64,000 nucleotides of DNA, taken from NCBI GenBank assembly GCA_965248835.1, contig CBDFLJ010000001.1, positions 2,036,939 through 2,100,938 on the forward strand, written 5' to 3'. Under the pieces are notes generated by a model. It was not told where the DNA came from. It did no database searches and worked only from the letters and a program-made list of their open reading frames with translations. The position numbers and the translations under genes are program-made. The DNA comes from Alphaproteobacteria bacterium (GTDB lineage: Bacteria > Pseudomonadota > Alphaproteobacteria > MPNO01). Each line of letters starts with the position of its first letter. The stretch's first letter is position 1. Shown here one piece after another: positions 1-11,997 of the stretch.

Positions 1-69
1 GACGGGGCCCGACAAGGCGCCTGCCCTCCTCACCGCGCAGAGCCGATCCGCTCAAACCGGGAGAGACCG

Positions 70-1191
70 ATGGCCAAGCCCCGTATCGTCGATGCCGACG
101 GCCATGTCTTCGAGGACACGGCCGCGATGGGCAAGCGCATGCCCAGGGTGTACCGCGACTGGAAATACGCCCACGGGATCTTCGCCAACCAGCCATGGTT
201 CCCGCCGCTCGGCCATCTGCACACCCCGACCGGCACCAACCCGCCCGGTGCCTTCGGCGACGGCAAGCCGGTGGGCGTCGAGGCGTGGATGGCCTTCATC
301 GAGGCCACCGGTATCGACAGCGCGGTGCTGTTCCCGACCAACGGGCTGACCATGGGCCACATCGCCAACGCCGACTACGCGATCGCGGTCGCCAGGGCCT
401 ACAATGACTGGTTGGCCGAGACCTATGTCGACCGCTCCGAGGTGTTCAAGGGCATGGGGCTGATCGCCCAGCAGGAGCCCGAAGCGGCGGTCGAGGAGCT
501 CAGGCGCTGCATCGTCGAGCTCAAGATGACCGGCGTCATGCTCGCCGGCACCGGGATCAAGGGCAATCTCGGCTCCAAGGAGTACTGGCCGATCTATGCC
601 GAGGCCGAGCGGCTGGGCTGCCCGCTGGCGGTCCATGCCGGCAACCATATCAATCTGGGCATGGACGCGATGAATGTCTTCGCGCCGGCGCATGCGATCG
701 GCCATCCGCTGGCGATGATGATCGGCCTGGGCGGGCTGGTGTTCAACGGCGTATTCGACAAGTTCCCGGCCCTCAGGTTCGGCTTCCTCGAGGGCGGCGT
801 GGCGTGGCTGCTGTTCTGCATCGAGCGTTTCGATTCGAGCCACGAGAACTTCAAGCCGCTCGACTGGCGCGGTGACCTGCTCAAGCTCGCGAACGGCCAG
901 TCGGTCGGGGACTACGTGCTGGGGCTGATCGACGGGGGCCGGATCTTCGTCGGCGCGGAGGGCGACGAGTTCATGCTGGCCGCGGCGATCAAGGCCGTCG
1001 GCAACGCGCCCTTCATGTTCTCCTCGGACTTCCCCCACGAGGTCAACATCGAGAAGTGCCTGCACCATCTCGAGGAAATCTTCGAGAACGCGGAGCTGAG
1101 CGATGACGACCGCGACGCGATCCTGCACGCCAACGCCGAGCGGTTCTACGCCACAAGGCCGGCCGCCGCGGGCCAGGCCGCGGCGGAGTAG
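70..1191 (+). CDS. Amidohydrolase-family (amidohydrolase_2-like) metal-dependent hydrolase
   Basis: 373-aa ORF starting at an ATG. N-terminal IVDADGHVFED and the later SSDFPH motif are typical of TIM-barrel amidohydrolases. Codon usage matches the high-GC core. Confidence 0.85.
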   Translation: MAKPRIVDADGHVFEDTAAMGKRMPRVYRDWKYAHGIFANQPWFPPLGHLHTPTGTNPPGAFGDGKPVGVEAWMAFIEATGIDSAVLFPTNGLTMGHIANADYAIAVARAYNDWLAETYVDRSEVFKGMGLIAQQEPEAAVEELRRCIVELKMTGVMLAGTGIKGNLGSKEYWPIYAEAERLGCPLAVHAGNHINLGMDAMNVFAPAHAIGHPLAMMIGLGGLVFNGVFDKFPALRFGFLEGGVAWLLFCIERFDSSHENFKPLDWRGDLLKLANGQSVGDYVLGLIDGGRIFVGAEGDEFMLAAAIKAVGNAPFMFSSDFPHEVNIEKCLHHLEEIFENAELSDDDRDAILHANAERFYATRPAAAGQAAAE

Positions 1192-1225
1192 GCGACTGGG
1201 CGAGCAGGGCGGGGCGACGGAACGG

Positions 1226-1330
1226 GCATGGATCGTCGATAGCAGCAGCCATGTCTTCGAAGATACCCGAGTGATGGCCAGGCATGCCGCAAGCCTACGG
1301 CGGTCGGGTCTATCCGGGCAGGTGGCTGAT
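1226..1330 (+). pseudogene. N-terminal remnant of a second amidohydrolase paralogue
   Basis: Translation WIVDSSSHVFEDTRVMARHA parallels RIVDADGHVFEDTAAMGKRM of the upstream gene. The frame then decays and runs into the low-GC insert. Confidence 0.45.
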
Positions 1331-1586
1331 GCCGATGCAGGAGCTGGCGGCGGCGTGGTCTCTTGGACCAGTTGGACGCCAAACGTCGAGGTTCGATCGC
1401 CACACGGGCCGATTTTGGAATCGTGAAACGGCAAAGCCGTTCCGACCGTGATTTCCTCGTTCGGACGATTGAATATACCCTGAATGCCCCATTCCGATTT
1501 CGCACGATCCCAGATGTATAACAAAATTACAGGGTTATAAAACAATCTTGATATAATTTGAAAATTTTGGTAGAAAGCTTCTTACG

Positions 1587-2765
1587 ATGGACCCTGTATG
1601 CAACCCATTTGCGCCAGGCGCGGGCTCTCAACCTCCTGAGTTGGCAGGCCGTGACGAGATAATCAGCGATGCTGAGATTGCCTTAAAGCGAGTCTTGGAG
1701 GGAAGGCATCACACCTCTCAAATCCTGTTGGGGCTTCGCGGAACCGGTAAGACAGTCCTACTAAATAGAATCGAGCAAATGGCTGAATCATTGGGCCATG
1801 AAACCTCATTTATCGAAGCGCCGGAGGACAAATCACTCGCCGATTTGCTCTACCCTAGGATCGCTCGATCTCTGCGTAGATTATCGACGATCGAGAACGC
1901 CAGAACCGCTGTACATTCCGCGATGCGGGCCTTGCGTGGATTTGCCAGCGCGTTTCGGATCTCGGTCGGCGATGTCGCGATTTCCGTGGATCCGGAACCA
2001 GGTGCCGCGGACAGCGGAAACTTGGAGTATGACTTGAGCGAGCTATTCGATCGCATCGGTCTGGCCGCCAAATCGGCAAACAAAGCATGGACGCTGTTGA
2101 TCGATGAGGTCCAATACCTAGCGGAGGAAGATCTCTCTGCGCTGATTGTCTCAATACATCGGGTCAATCAACGTCAATTACCAATTATATTTTTTGGTGC
2201 GGGCTTGCCGCAGACTGCTGCTCTATCAGGCAATGCTAAATCTTATGCGGAGAGACTATTCAGCTATCCTCCCGTCGGCCCTCTAGATAATTCCGCTGCT
2301 ATTTCTGCCATTAGACAGCCGATTATAAGCCAAGGTGAGAATATAACGGATGAGGCTCTCGAATTGATTTTTGAAAAAACTGAAAACTATCCATATTTTC
2401 TCCAAGAATGGGGATATCAAGCATGGAACATTGCCGATGCGTCGCCGATCGATGCGAGAGACATTCACGGCGCGTCTTCGGCAGCACTTCGCCGGCTCGA
2501 TGAAGGTTTCTTCCGTGTTCGCTTTGATCGACTTACGCCGAAGGAACGCGAGTACGTGATCGCAATGGCGAATCTCGGAAGCGGGCCCTATAGATCGTCG
2601 GATGTCGCTGATGCCCTCGGCGAACGCCTCCAATCTCTGGGCCCGCGTCGGGCGAAGATCATCAACAAAGGCATGATATACAGCCCAGCCTATGGCGACG
2701 TTACATTCACCGTTCCAATGTTCGACGACTACCTAAGGCGCACCACAGATGCTTCCGCCGCGTAG
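1587..2765 (+). CDS. Orphan AAA+ ATPase (archaeal-ATPase/ORC-like P-loop with a C-terminal winged-helix-like domain)
   Basis: 392-aa ORF with Walker A GLRGTGKT and Walker B LLIDEVQYL. The C-terminal part (LTPKEREYVIAMANLG...) looks like a wHTH. GC is much lower than the flanks, and an AT-rich leader sits upstream at 1500-1586. Confidence 0.8.
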   Translation: MDPVCNPFAPGAGSQPPELAGRDEIISDAEIALKRVLEGRHHTSQILLGLRGTGKTVLLNRIEQMAESLGHETSFIEAPEDKSLADLLYPRIARSLRRLSTIENARTAVHSAMRALRGFASAFRISVGDVAISVDPEPGAADSGNLEYDLSELFDRIGLAAKSANKAWTLLIDEVQYLAEEDLSALIVSIHRVNQRQLPIIFFGAGLPQTAALSGNAKSYAERLFSYPPVGPLDNSAAISAIRQPIISQGENITDEALELIFEKTENYPYFLQEWGYQAWNIADASPIDARDIHGASSAALRRLDEGFFRVRFDRLTPKEREYVIAMANLGSGPYRSSDVADALGERLQSLGPRRAKIINKGMIYSPAYGDVTFTVPMFDDYLRRTTDASAA

Positions 2766-2888
2766 AGCGAAACCGACTCAGACGGCGTGGGCGGGCCTCG
2801 AGCCCAGGCAACGAGAGCTGACGCAGCACGTCCCCGTCACGGAAGCGAAACCACTAATGATCTGCAGCCACGGCGACACTCGCGCGCG

Positions 2889-3695
2889 TTACAACCCCAG
2901 CACGTCGGCCATCGTGTAGACCCCGGGGGCGCGGCCGGGCGTCCACAGCGCGGCATGGACTGCGCCGCGCGAGAAGATGCGCCGCGAGGACGCCTTGTGG
3001 GTGAGTTCCAGCCGCTCGCCCTCGATCGCGAAGACCACCGAATGATCACCCACCACGTCGCCGCCTCGCAGCACCGCGAAGCCGATGTCGCCCTGATTGC
3101 GCGCGCCGGTATGGCCGTGGCGCGTCATCTGGGAAACCGTGTCGAGATCGACCCCGCGCCCGGCGGCCGCCGCCCGGCCGAGCCCGAGCGCGGTGCCCGA
3201 TGGCGCATCGACCTTGTGCTTGTGGTGCATTTCGACGATCTCGATGTCGAAACGGTCATCGAGCAGGGAAGCGACCTGTCTGGTCAGCGCGAACAGGATA
3301 TTGACGGCAAGGCTCATGTTGGGAGCAACGACGATCGGCGCGGTCTTGCCCGCCTCGGCGATCGCGGCCTCGTGCTCGGCGCTGAAGCCGGTGGTGCCGA
3401 TGACGTGCGCGGTCCGCGCTTGCGCGGCCAGCGCGGCATGGCGCGCTGTCGCCTCGGGCAGGGCGAACTCGATGACCACCGCGGCGCGCTCGAAGACCGC
3501 CGCCGGGTCGGCGCCGATGCTCACCCCTACCGTGCCCAGCCCCGCGACCTCGCCCACGTCGCGGCCGATCGCCGGATGGCCCGGCCCCTCGGCGGCCGCG
3601 GCGATCACGCATCCGTCGGTCTCGAAAATCTCCCGGGCGACGGTCGTTCCCATCCGCCCGCCGGCCCCGATCACCCCGATCGCCAAATCCGCCAT
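2889..3695 (-). CDS. dapB: 4-hydroxy-tetrahydrodipicolinate reductase
   Basis: MADLAIGVIGAGGRMG Rossmann start, then EMHHKHKVDAPSGTA, which is the DapB signature. An internal ATG at 3695 is preferred over the ORF start at 3728. Confidence 0.9.
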   Translation of the reverse strand: MADLAIGVIGAGGRMGTTVAREIFETDGCVIAAAAEGPGHPAIGRDVGEVAGLGTVGVSIGADPAAVFERAAVVIEFALPEATARHAALAAQARTAHVIGTTGFSAEHEAAIAEAGKTAPIVVAPNMSLAVNILFALTRQVASLLDDRFDIEIVEMHHKHKVDAPSGTALGLGRAAAAGRGVDLDTVSQMTRHGHTGARNQGDIGFAVLRGGDVVGDHSVVFAIEGERLELTHKASSRRIFSRGAVHAALWTPGRAPGVYTMADVLGL

Positions 3696-3748
3696 CGCCT
3701 GCCTCTCTCGCCCCGAAGTCTGTTCCAATCCGATCGGGTCAGCCCGGC

Positions 3749-4897
3749 TCAGTCGGTGAGGTCTTCCCAGAGCTCCTTCACCTTAGTGAAGAAGCCTTCG
3801 GACTCCGGGCTGGTCGAGCGGGCCTCGCCGGTGCCGCCCGGGGCCTCGAACTCGCGCAGCAGCGCCTGCTGGCGCTTGTTCAGGTTGACCGGCGTCTCGA
3901 CCTGGATCTCGATGACCATGTCACCACGGCCGCGGCCGTGCAGCCCGGTCATGCCCTTGCCGCGCAGCCGGAACTGGCGCGCCGACTGGGTGCCGGCCGG
4001 AATCGTCACCTTGGCCAGCGTGCCGTCGATCGTCGGCACCTCGACCGTGCCGCCGAGCGCGGCGGTGGTCATCGGGATCGGCACACGGCAGAACAGCGTC
4101 ATTGCCTCGCGCTCGAACAGCGCGTGCGAGGCGATGCTGACGAAGATGTAGAGATCGCCGGTCGAGGCCCCGTTGAGCCCGGCTTCGCCTTCGCCGGCAA
4201 GCCGGATTCGGGTGCCGTCCTCCACGCCCCGCGGGATGGTGACCGCCAGCGTCTTTTCGCGCCGCACGCGGCCTGAGCCGGTGCACGCCTTGCACGCATC
4301 CTCGATCACCTGGCCGACGCCGCCGCAGGTCGGGCAGGTCCTCTCGATGGTGAAGAAGCCCTGCTGGGCGCGGACCTTGCCGCGGCCCTGGCACATGCCG
4401 CAATTGGCCGGCCGGCTGCCCGGCGCGGCGCCGGAGCCGTGGCAGGTGTCGCAGCTCACCGAGGCCGGGATCCTGATCTTGGTCTCGTGGCCGCGATAGG
4501 CCTGCTCGAGCGAGATTTCCATGTTGTAGCGCAGGTCCGCGCCGCGGGCGCCGCCGGTGCCGCCGCCGCGCCGACCGCCCATGAAATCGCCGAACATCTC
4601 GTCGAAGATGTCGGCGAAGCCCGAGCCGAAATCAAACCCGCCGCCCTGGCCGCCCGCGCCCGGTCCGCCGTTCTCGAACGCCGCATGGCCGAAGCGGTCA
4701 TAGGCCGCGCGCTTCTGGTCGTCCTTCAGGACGTCATAGGCCTCGCTGATTTCCTTGAACTTCTGCTCTGCCCCCGCATCACCCTGGTTGCGGTCGGGGT
4801 GATACTTCATGGCCAGCTTGCGGTAAGCCTTCTTGACCGTCTCGGCATCGTCGCCCTTGGCGACGCCCAACATGTCGTAATAGTCCTGCTTGGCCAT
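3749..4897 (-). CDS. dnaJ: Molecular chaperone DnaJ
   Basis: J-domain [12 protein letters not shown]...HPDRN, a G/F-rich linker, and four CxxCxGxG zinc-finger repeats. Confidence 0.95.
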   Translation of the reverse strand: MAKQDYYDMLGVAKGDDAETVKKAYRKLAMKYHPDRNQGDAGAEQKFKEISEAYDVLKDDQKRAAYDRFGHAAFENGGPGAGGQGGGFDFGSGFADIFDEMFGDFMGGRRGGGTGGARGADLRYNMEISLEQAYRGHETKIRIPASVSCDTCHGSGAAPGSRPANCGMCQGRGKVRAQQGFFTIERTCPTCGGVGQVIEDACKACTGSGRVRREKTLAVTIPRGVEDGTRIRLAGEGEAGLNGASTGDLYIFVSIASHALFEREAMTLFCRVPIPMTTAALGGTVEVPTIDGTLAKVTIPAGTQSARQFRLRGKGMTGLHGRGRGDMVIEIQVETPVNLNKRQQALLREFEAPGGTGEARSTSPESEGFFTKVKELWEDLTD

Positions 4898-5002
4898 ACT
4901 CCCGAACCCTGAATCGACGGCCACTCAGCTCATTGGCAGACGGCCCCGAGAATGCGGCGGCGCACCATCGAGGCCTGTCCTGAAATCTGCAAGGGAAACG
5001 GC

Positions 5003-6946
<1,944 letters not shown>

Positions 6947-7042
6947 TTCAATCCTCACTCATTGCGGCGAACGCACGCGGCCCTTTGCGGCGCCGCCCGC
7001 GTCCCCTACGGTTAAAGCACGAGAACGTCAATTGCCGGCGAT

Positions 7043-7071
7043 ATATAGGAATGCAGCCCCGGCGGTACAAC
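7043..7071 (-). promoter_or_regulatory. Candidate RpoH (sigma-32)-type promoter for dnaKJ
   Basis: The reverse strand reads GTTGTA-N15-CCTATATAT about 100 nt upstream of the dnaK ATG. This resembles the alphaproteobacterial heat-shock promoter consensus (CTTG...CCTATAT). Read by eye only. Confidence 0.3.
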
Positions 7072-7109
7072 CGCAGACCGCCAGTTTACCGGCGTTCGGA
7101 CAAGATTGC

Positions 7110-7970
7110 ATGATCATATCGGCGAGCTATCGAACCGATATCCCGGCGTTCTACGGCGCGTGGTTCGAAAACCGCCTGGCGGCCGGATACTGCCTGGTCG
7201 CCAACCCCTATGGCGGCAAGCCGTACCGGGTCGGCCTGGAGCGGGATGCCGTCGACGGCCTGGTCTTCTGGACCCGCAATCCCGGGCCGTTCCTGCCCAC
7301 GCTCGCCCGCCTTGCGGACACCGGCTATCCGTTCGTGGTCCAGCTTACCGTCACCGGTCACCCCAGGGTGCTGGAGAGCTCGGTTCCCGAACCGGCCCGC
7401 GCAGTCGGGTACGCGCGCCGGATCGCCGGGGATTTCGGCCCGCGGGCGCTGGTCTGGCGCTACGACCCGATCATCCAGACCGATTCGAGCCCGCTGGAGA
7501 GGCATGGCGAGGCGTTCGCGCGTCTGGCCGATGCGATGGCCGGAAGCACCGACGAGGTCGTGGTCTCGTTTGCGAGCCTCTACCGGAAGACGGTTCGCAA
7601 CCTGGTACGGGCCGGCATCGCCTATGCCGACCCGCCGGTCGAGGCCAAGAAGTCGCTGCTTGCCGATCTGGCCCGGATGGCCGCCGAACGCGGCATCGCG
7701 CTCGCCGTCTGCAGCCAGCCCGACCTCGCCGTCCCGGGCACCCGGCCGGCGCGTTGCGTCGACGCCGATCGGCTCGCCGAGATCGCCGGTCGGCCGATCG
7801 CGGCCCCCGAGAAGGGCAACCGGCCGGATTGCGCCTGTCACCGATCCAGGGACATCGGGGCCTACGACACCTGCCCGCATGGCTGCGTGTACTGCTACGC
7901 GGTCGCGAGCCGCGCCAAGGCCCGTGCGCGGCATGCCGGCCACGATCCCGACAGCGAATTTCTGATCTAG
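7110..7970 (+). CDS. DUF1848-family protein
   Basis: MIISASYRTDIPAFYGAWFENRL start and the C-terminal Cys cluster CACHRSRDIGAYDTCPHGCVYCYA. The upstream 137 codons of the long ORF 6699..7970 are antisense to dnaK and are discarded. Confidence 0.8.
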   Translation: MIISASYRTDIPAFYGAWFENRLAAGYCLVANPYGGKPYRVGLERDAVDGLVFWTRNPGPFLPTLARLADTGYPFVVQLTVTGHPRVLESSVPEPARAVGYARRIAGDFGPRALVWRYDPIIQTDSSPLERHGEAFARLADAMAGSTDEVVVSFASLYRKTVRNLVRAGIAYADPPVEAKKSLLADLARMAAERGIALAVCSQPDLAVPGTRPARCVDADRLAEIAGRPIAAPEKGNRPDCACHRSRDIGAYDTCPHGCVYCYAVASRAKARARHAGHDPDSEFLI

Positions 7971-9514
7971 GAGTCGTCTCCCCGCTTGAACCCGCCTTGC
8001 ACGATGCGGTCGATGATCATGGCGCAGAAGAGAATGGCGAGGCCGGCCAGAAGGCCTTGACCCTTGGCCGCGTATTGCAGGGCGACGAGGACGTCGCTGC
8101 CGAGGCCCTCGGCGCCGATCAGCGATGCGATCACCACCATCGACAGACACATCAGGATGGTCTGGTTGACCCCGGTCATGATCGACGGCAAGGCCAGCGG
8201 CAGTTCGACGTCGAACAGCAGCTTTCGTTTCCGGCAGCCGAAGGCCAGGGCCGCCTCCTTGATCGATCCTGGAACCCCCCTGATGCCGAGTGGCGTCAGC
8301 CGCACCACCGGGGGCATCCCGAAGACGATGGTTGCCAAGATCCCCGGCGGCTTGCCGGTGCCGAAAAACGCGATCACCGGAATCAGATAGACGAACGACG
8401 GCATGGTCTGCATGAAGTCGAGGATCGGCCGCGCGATGGCATAGACGGTCCGACTCTTGGCGCACCACACGCCCAAGGGAAGCCCCATGACGACACACAG
8501 GACCGCCGCCGTTCCCGGCAGCGCCACCGTCGCCATCGACTTCTCCCAGTAGCCCATGAAGGCCAGATAGGCCAGAGCCGCCACCGTAAAGACCGCCACG
8601 CGCGGGCCGGCCAGACGCCATGCCAGAACCACGATCACCAGCATGGTCACCGGCCAGGGCGTACCGACCAAAATCGCCTCCAAACCGTCGAGAAGCCCTC
8701 GAATCGCCGCGTTAATGCCGTCGAAAACACCGGCTCCCTTGACCGCGATAAGGTCGAACTGCGCATCGAGCCAGGTCGACGTCCTGTTGTATATGCCCTT
8801 GTCCGCGGGAAAGACGGTGATGAAATCCGCCGGCTTGGAAACGGTGAAACGATAAAGCGTCAGCGGATACATGATCAGGATCATCGCAATTCCGAATATT
8901 GTCTCCCGCCTCCGGATACCGCCGCCCTCGGCGGGAGCGATCCGCCAGCGCCCGTACTTCTTCTCATGGGCCGGGTTGGCCAGAAACCCTTGTGCCAGCA
9001 TGGCTGCCGCAACCAGGACAAGCCCGATGATCAGAAGCGTCGTTGCTCCCGCGGCTGCCTGTTCGGCGGCGGCCAGCGCCTTCGCGGCCGCCTTCTGCAG
9101 GTTCTCCGCATTGTGCATCAAGAACTCCGCGTTCGACGCGCCCGTCTCGATGGCCGCCTGCGCCCTAGCCGCCATCTCCATGGATTTGGTGTGCAAACGC
9201 TCGGCCCGCGCCAGCTTGTCCGCTCCCAAGTCGCCCCATAGACCCCGGCCCAATTGCACCAGCGCAAAGAGATCGATGATCAAGAAAGTCCAGAAGAACC
9301 CCCACACGCCTCGGGACGCCGCCCACACCGGCCCCATCAAGGCCGCCGCTCGATTGAACGACCAGGCGAACCCACCGGCGCTCTGGATCTTCACGAACTC
9401 GGACGCATAGTAGTCGCCGTTCCGCTCGGCAAAGGTCCTTATCGAGTCGATCAGCGCCGCCGAGGACGGGTCCGCTCCGCCCATCGCTGCCGCGGCTTCC
9501 GTCGTGGCCGCCAT
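7967..9514 (-). CDS. proW: Glycine betaine/proline-type ABC transporter permease with a long N-terminal extension
   Basis: The C-terminal half has the ProW/OpuAB-type permease core (MQTMPSFVYLIPVIAFFG, VELPLALPSIMTGVNQT). The start abuts the stop of the ATPase gene. Confidence 0.85.
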   Translation of the reverse strand: MAATTEAAAAMGGADPSSAALIDSIRTFAERNGDYYASEFVKIQSAGGFAWSFNRAAALMGPVWAASRGVWGFFWTFLIIDLFALVQLGRGLWGDLGADKLARAERLHTKSMEMAARAQAAIETGASNAEFLMHNAENLQKAAAKALAAAEQAAAGATTLLIIGLVLVAAAMLAQGFLANPAHEKKYGRWRIAPAEGGGIRRRETIFGIAMILIMYPLTLYRFTVSKPADFITVFPADKGIYNRTSTWLDAQFDLIAVKGAGVFDGINAAIRGLLDGLEAILVGTPWPVTMLVIVVLAWRLAGPRVAVFTVAALAYLAFMGYWEKSMATVALPGTAAVLCVVMGLPLGVWCAKSRTVYAIARPILDFMQTMPSFVYLIPVIAFFGTGKPPGILATIVFGMPPVVRLTPLGIRGVPGSIKEAALAFGCRKRKLLFDVELPLALPSIMTGVNQTILMCLSMVVIASLIGAEGLGSDVLVALQYAAKGQGLLAGLAILFCAMIIDRIVQGGFKRGDDS

Positions 9515-10576
9515 CTACTTGCCTCCCTGAATGCCCTGCAGCAATCGCGACTTGGTCACGATCCCGATGTCGTTGTTCTCTTGATCGGTAATGACGATCG
9601 GCAATTCGGTCGTCACCGAGATGTCGATCAAATGATCCAGGTCGACGTTCTCCCCGGCGCGGGGCGCCCGGCTCAGATCCTCTCCCGGTGCCGGCGCGTA
9701 GCCGTCGATCGGTTCCATCACCGAACGGGCAGAGACGAGCTTGAGCTTCGAGATGTCCCGAACAAAATCGGCGACATAGGCGTCCGCCGGGTTGAGCACG
9801 ATTTCCTCTGGCGTACCGGTCGGGACGATCCGGCCGTCCTTCATGATGGCGATGCGGTCGCCGAGGCGGATCGCCTCGTCGAGATCATGGGTGATGAAAA
9901 GTGTCGTTTTGTGGAGGGTCTTGGCGAGCTCCAGGAATTGCTGTTGCAACTGCCGGCGAATCAAGGGATCGAGTGCCGAGAACGGCTCGTCCATCAACAG
10001 CACCGACGGGTCGCTGGCCAACACCCGGGCCAAGCCGACGCGCTGCTGCATGCCGCCCGAAAGCTCGTTCGGCAGCCGGTCCTGGAAGCCGTCGAGCTTG
10101 ACCAGGGAGAGAGCCTGCCGGGATATTTCCCAGCGGCGGAACTTGGGCTCGCCGCGCACTTCCAGCGGAAAGGCGACATTGTCGCGAACCGACCGATGCG
10201 GCATCAGCGCTATGTGCTGGAACACCATGCCGATGTCCTTGGCTCGGAAGGCCCGGAGCTGCGCCTCGCCCATCGCCGAGACGTCGTTGCCGAGGACATG
10301 GATCGAGCCCGCCGTCGGTTCGATAAGGCGATTCAGGTGGCGCACCAGGGTCGACTTGCCGCTGCCGGACAAACCCATGATGCAGAAGATTTCGCCGCGG
10401 CGAACCGAGAAGGACACGTCGGCGATCCCGACGACACAGCCGAAACGCTCCAGGACTTCGGTCTTGTCCAGCCCTTCGCGCACGATCGCCGCCATGGCGT
10501 CTTCGGCCTTCGCGCCGAAGATTTTCCAAACGCCGTCGAGCTTGATGACCTCGTCCGCATCGACCCGCATACCCAC
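9515..10576 (-). CDS. proV: Glycine betaine/proline ABC transporter ATP-binding protein
   Basis: Walker A GLSGSGKST, the LSGGMQQRVGLARVL signature, Walker B LLMDEPFSALD, and a C-terminal CBS-like region. Confidence 0.9.
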   Translation of the reverse strand: MGMRVDADEVIKLDGVWKIFGAKAEDAMAAIVREGLDKTEVLERFGCVVGIADVSFSVRRGEIFCIMGLSGSGKSTLVRHLNRLIEPTAGSIHVLGNDVSAMGEAQLRAFRAKDIGMVFQHIALMPHRSVRDNVAFPLEVRGEPKFRRWEISRQALSLVKLDGFQDRLPNELSGGMQQRVGLARVLASDPSVLLMDEPFSALDPLIRRQLQQQFLELAKTLHKTTLFITHDLDEAIRLGDRIAIMKDGRIVPTGTPEEIVLNPADAYVADFVRDISKLKLVSARSVMEPIDGYAPAPGEDLSRAPRAGENVDLDHLIDISVTTELPIVITDQENNDIGIVTKSRLLQGIQGGK

Positions 10577-10732
10577 GGCAGCTTACCCTCCGGACCGAAC
10601 GCGCACCCGCGCCATCGCCATCGCCGATTCGGGCCGCCCGGAGGCGCCTTCCGGCAACGAGACCGCCGGTTCCAGGGCAAGCCGAGTGGGCATGCGCGCG
10701 GCCTCGGGGACCTCTCGAAATCCCGGCGGCGT

Positions 10733-11704
10733 CTAGTTGGACATCCAGGAGGCGACAAGGTCGGCGTTCTCCTCGACCCAAGCCGTCGCGTAGGCGTCGG
10801 GATCCTGCTTTTGCACCACCAGCGCGTAGCTCATGCGGCTCACCATGTCGACGTCGAGCTTCACCTTGCCGAGCAGGTTCGCCGCCTCCGGATGGCTTTC
10901 TTCCAGAGCCTTGGCGAAATAAATGTGCAGGTAAGCCGAGTCCCAGGCGCTGCCGGCCTCCGACTTGGCGAGCCAGTCCGGATCGTCGGTCGGCTGGATC
11001 ACGTTCCAGTTGGAGGCTCCGTGCGGCGGCTCCTTCAGAATAACCAGCTCGTGAAGCGCGAACATGTGATGCGGCGTATAGCAATAGAGCACGAAGGGCT
11101 TGTCCGCCTTGACAGCGGCATCGAGCGCGGCCAACGCCAAGGTTTCGTCCATCTCCAGGAGCTTCATGGTCTCGTCGTACCCATAGCTCTTGGCGCGAAT
11201 CTTCTCGATATTCGTGGAGGCCCACCCCGATGCGCCGATCCAGGCTTCGCCGAGGCCGTCGCCGTCGCTATCGAATAGCGCCGCTTTGTCTGGATCGGTC
11301 AAATCATAGATCGCGGTCACGCCGTGGTTCTCGGCCGTTGACTTGGTCGCGCAAAACCCCTGAAACGCCTCGACGCCGTTCGGGTTCATGACGACCGTAC
11401 CGCGCTCCTTGACGAACTTGTCGTGCAGATTCGCTTGATTGGGAAGCCAGACCTCGGGATGGACATGCATGGAGCCTCGGTCCATGGCCTCGAAGACGAC
11501 CGGATTGGTGCTGTTCTGCAGCTCGACCTCGAGGCCCAAATTGTCTCCGAGGATGACCTTGAGTATATGCGCCGTAACCTGGACCGAGGGCCAATTGGGC
11601 ACGCCGATCACCACATCGGCGGCTTTGGCCGCGCCAATCGTCGTCAACGCCGCGACGGCACAGATTGCCAAACAGATTGCCGAGACTTTCGAACGCGGTT
11701 TCAT
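10733..11704 (-). CDS. proX: Glycine betaine-type ABC transporter substrate-binding protein
   Basis: Signal peptide MKPRSKVSAICLAICAVAALTTIGAAKA. AGGAGG-like RBS upstream of the ATG at 11704. Operonic with proV and proW. Confidence 0.85.
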   Translation of the reverse strand: MKPRSKVSAICLAICAVAALTTIGAAKAADVVIGVPNWPSVQVTAHILKVILGDNLGLEVELQNSTNPVVFEAMDRGSMHVHPEVWLPNQANLHDKFVKERGTVVMNPNGVEAFQGFCATKSTAENHGVTAIYDLTDPDKAALFDSDGDGLGEAWIGASGWASTNIEKIRAKSYGYDETMKLLEMDETLALAALDAAVKADKPFVLYCYTPHHMFALHELVILKEPPHGASNWNVIQPTDDPDWLAKSEAGSAWDSAYLHIYFAKALEESHPEAANLLGKVKLDVDMVSRMSYALVVQKQDPDAYATAWVEENADLVASWMSN

Positions 11705-11889
11705 TTTCCAACCTCCTTTCGGGGTTGTTGCCTGACCCATGCTCGACATATTGGTTTACCCCGGATTATTCGTTCCGATCCTGAATTCGAGTTGGCGGGC
11801 ATGGCGCAATCGATTGTTCCGGCGCGGAAATTCGTTGTCGAGCCGCGTTTCTTCGGGAGCAACGAAACGCCACACCCGCCACGACCGAA

Positions 11890-11995
11890 TGCGCCGCCCT
11901 CAAGCTGCGCCTGCTCAAGATCGACGCCCGCGTCATCGAAAAGGCCGCGCGCGCATGCTGGTCAAGCACCTCGCAACCGCAGCATGAAGGGGTCA
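11890..11995 (+). pseudogene. Possible C-terminal remnant of an IS1380-family transposase
   Basis: Translation ALKLRLLKIDARVIEKAAR... resembles the conserved LRLKLLKIGARV tail of IS1380-family transposases. It is short and frameshifted. Confidence 0.3.
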
Positions 11996-11997
11996 GG

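Noticed and set aside
1587-2765. Calling the orphan AAA+ ATPase a defence system (STAND/Avs-like, Gabija, Septu and similar)
   Set aside because: No nuclease, protease, TIR, SIR2 or other effector domain is recognisable. There is no partner gene, and the protein is too short for Avs-type STAND NTPases. The evidence supports only an accessory ATPase of unknown function.
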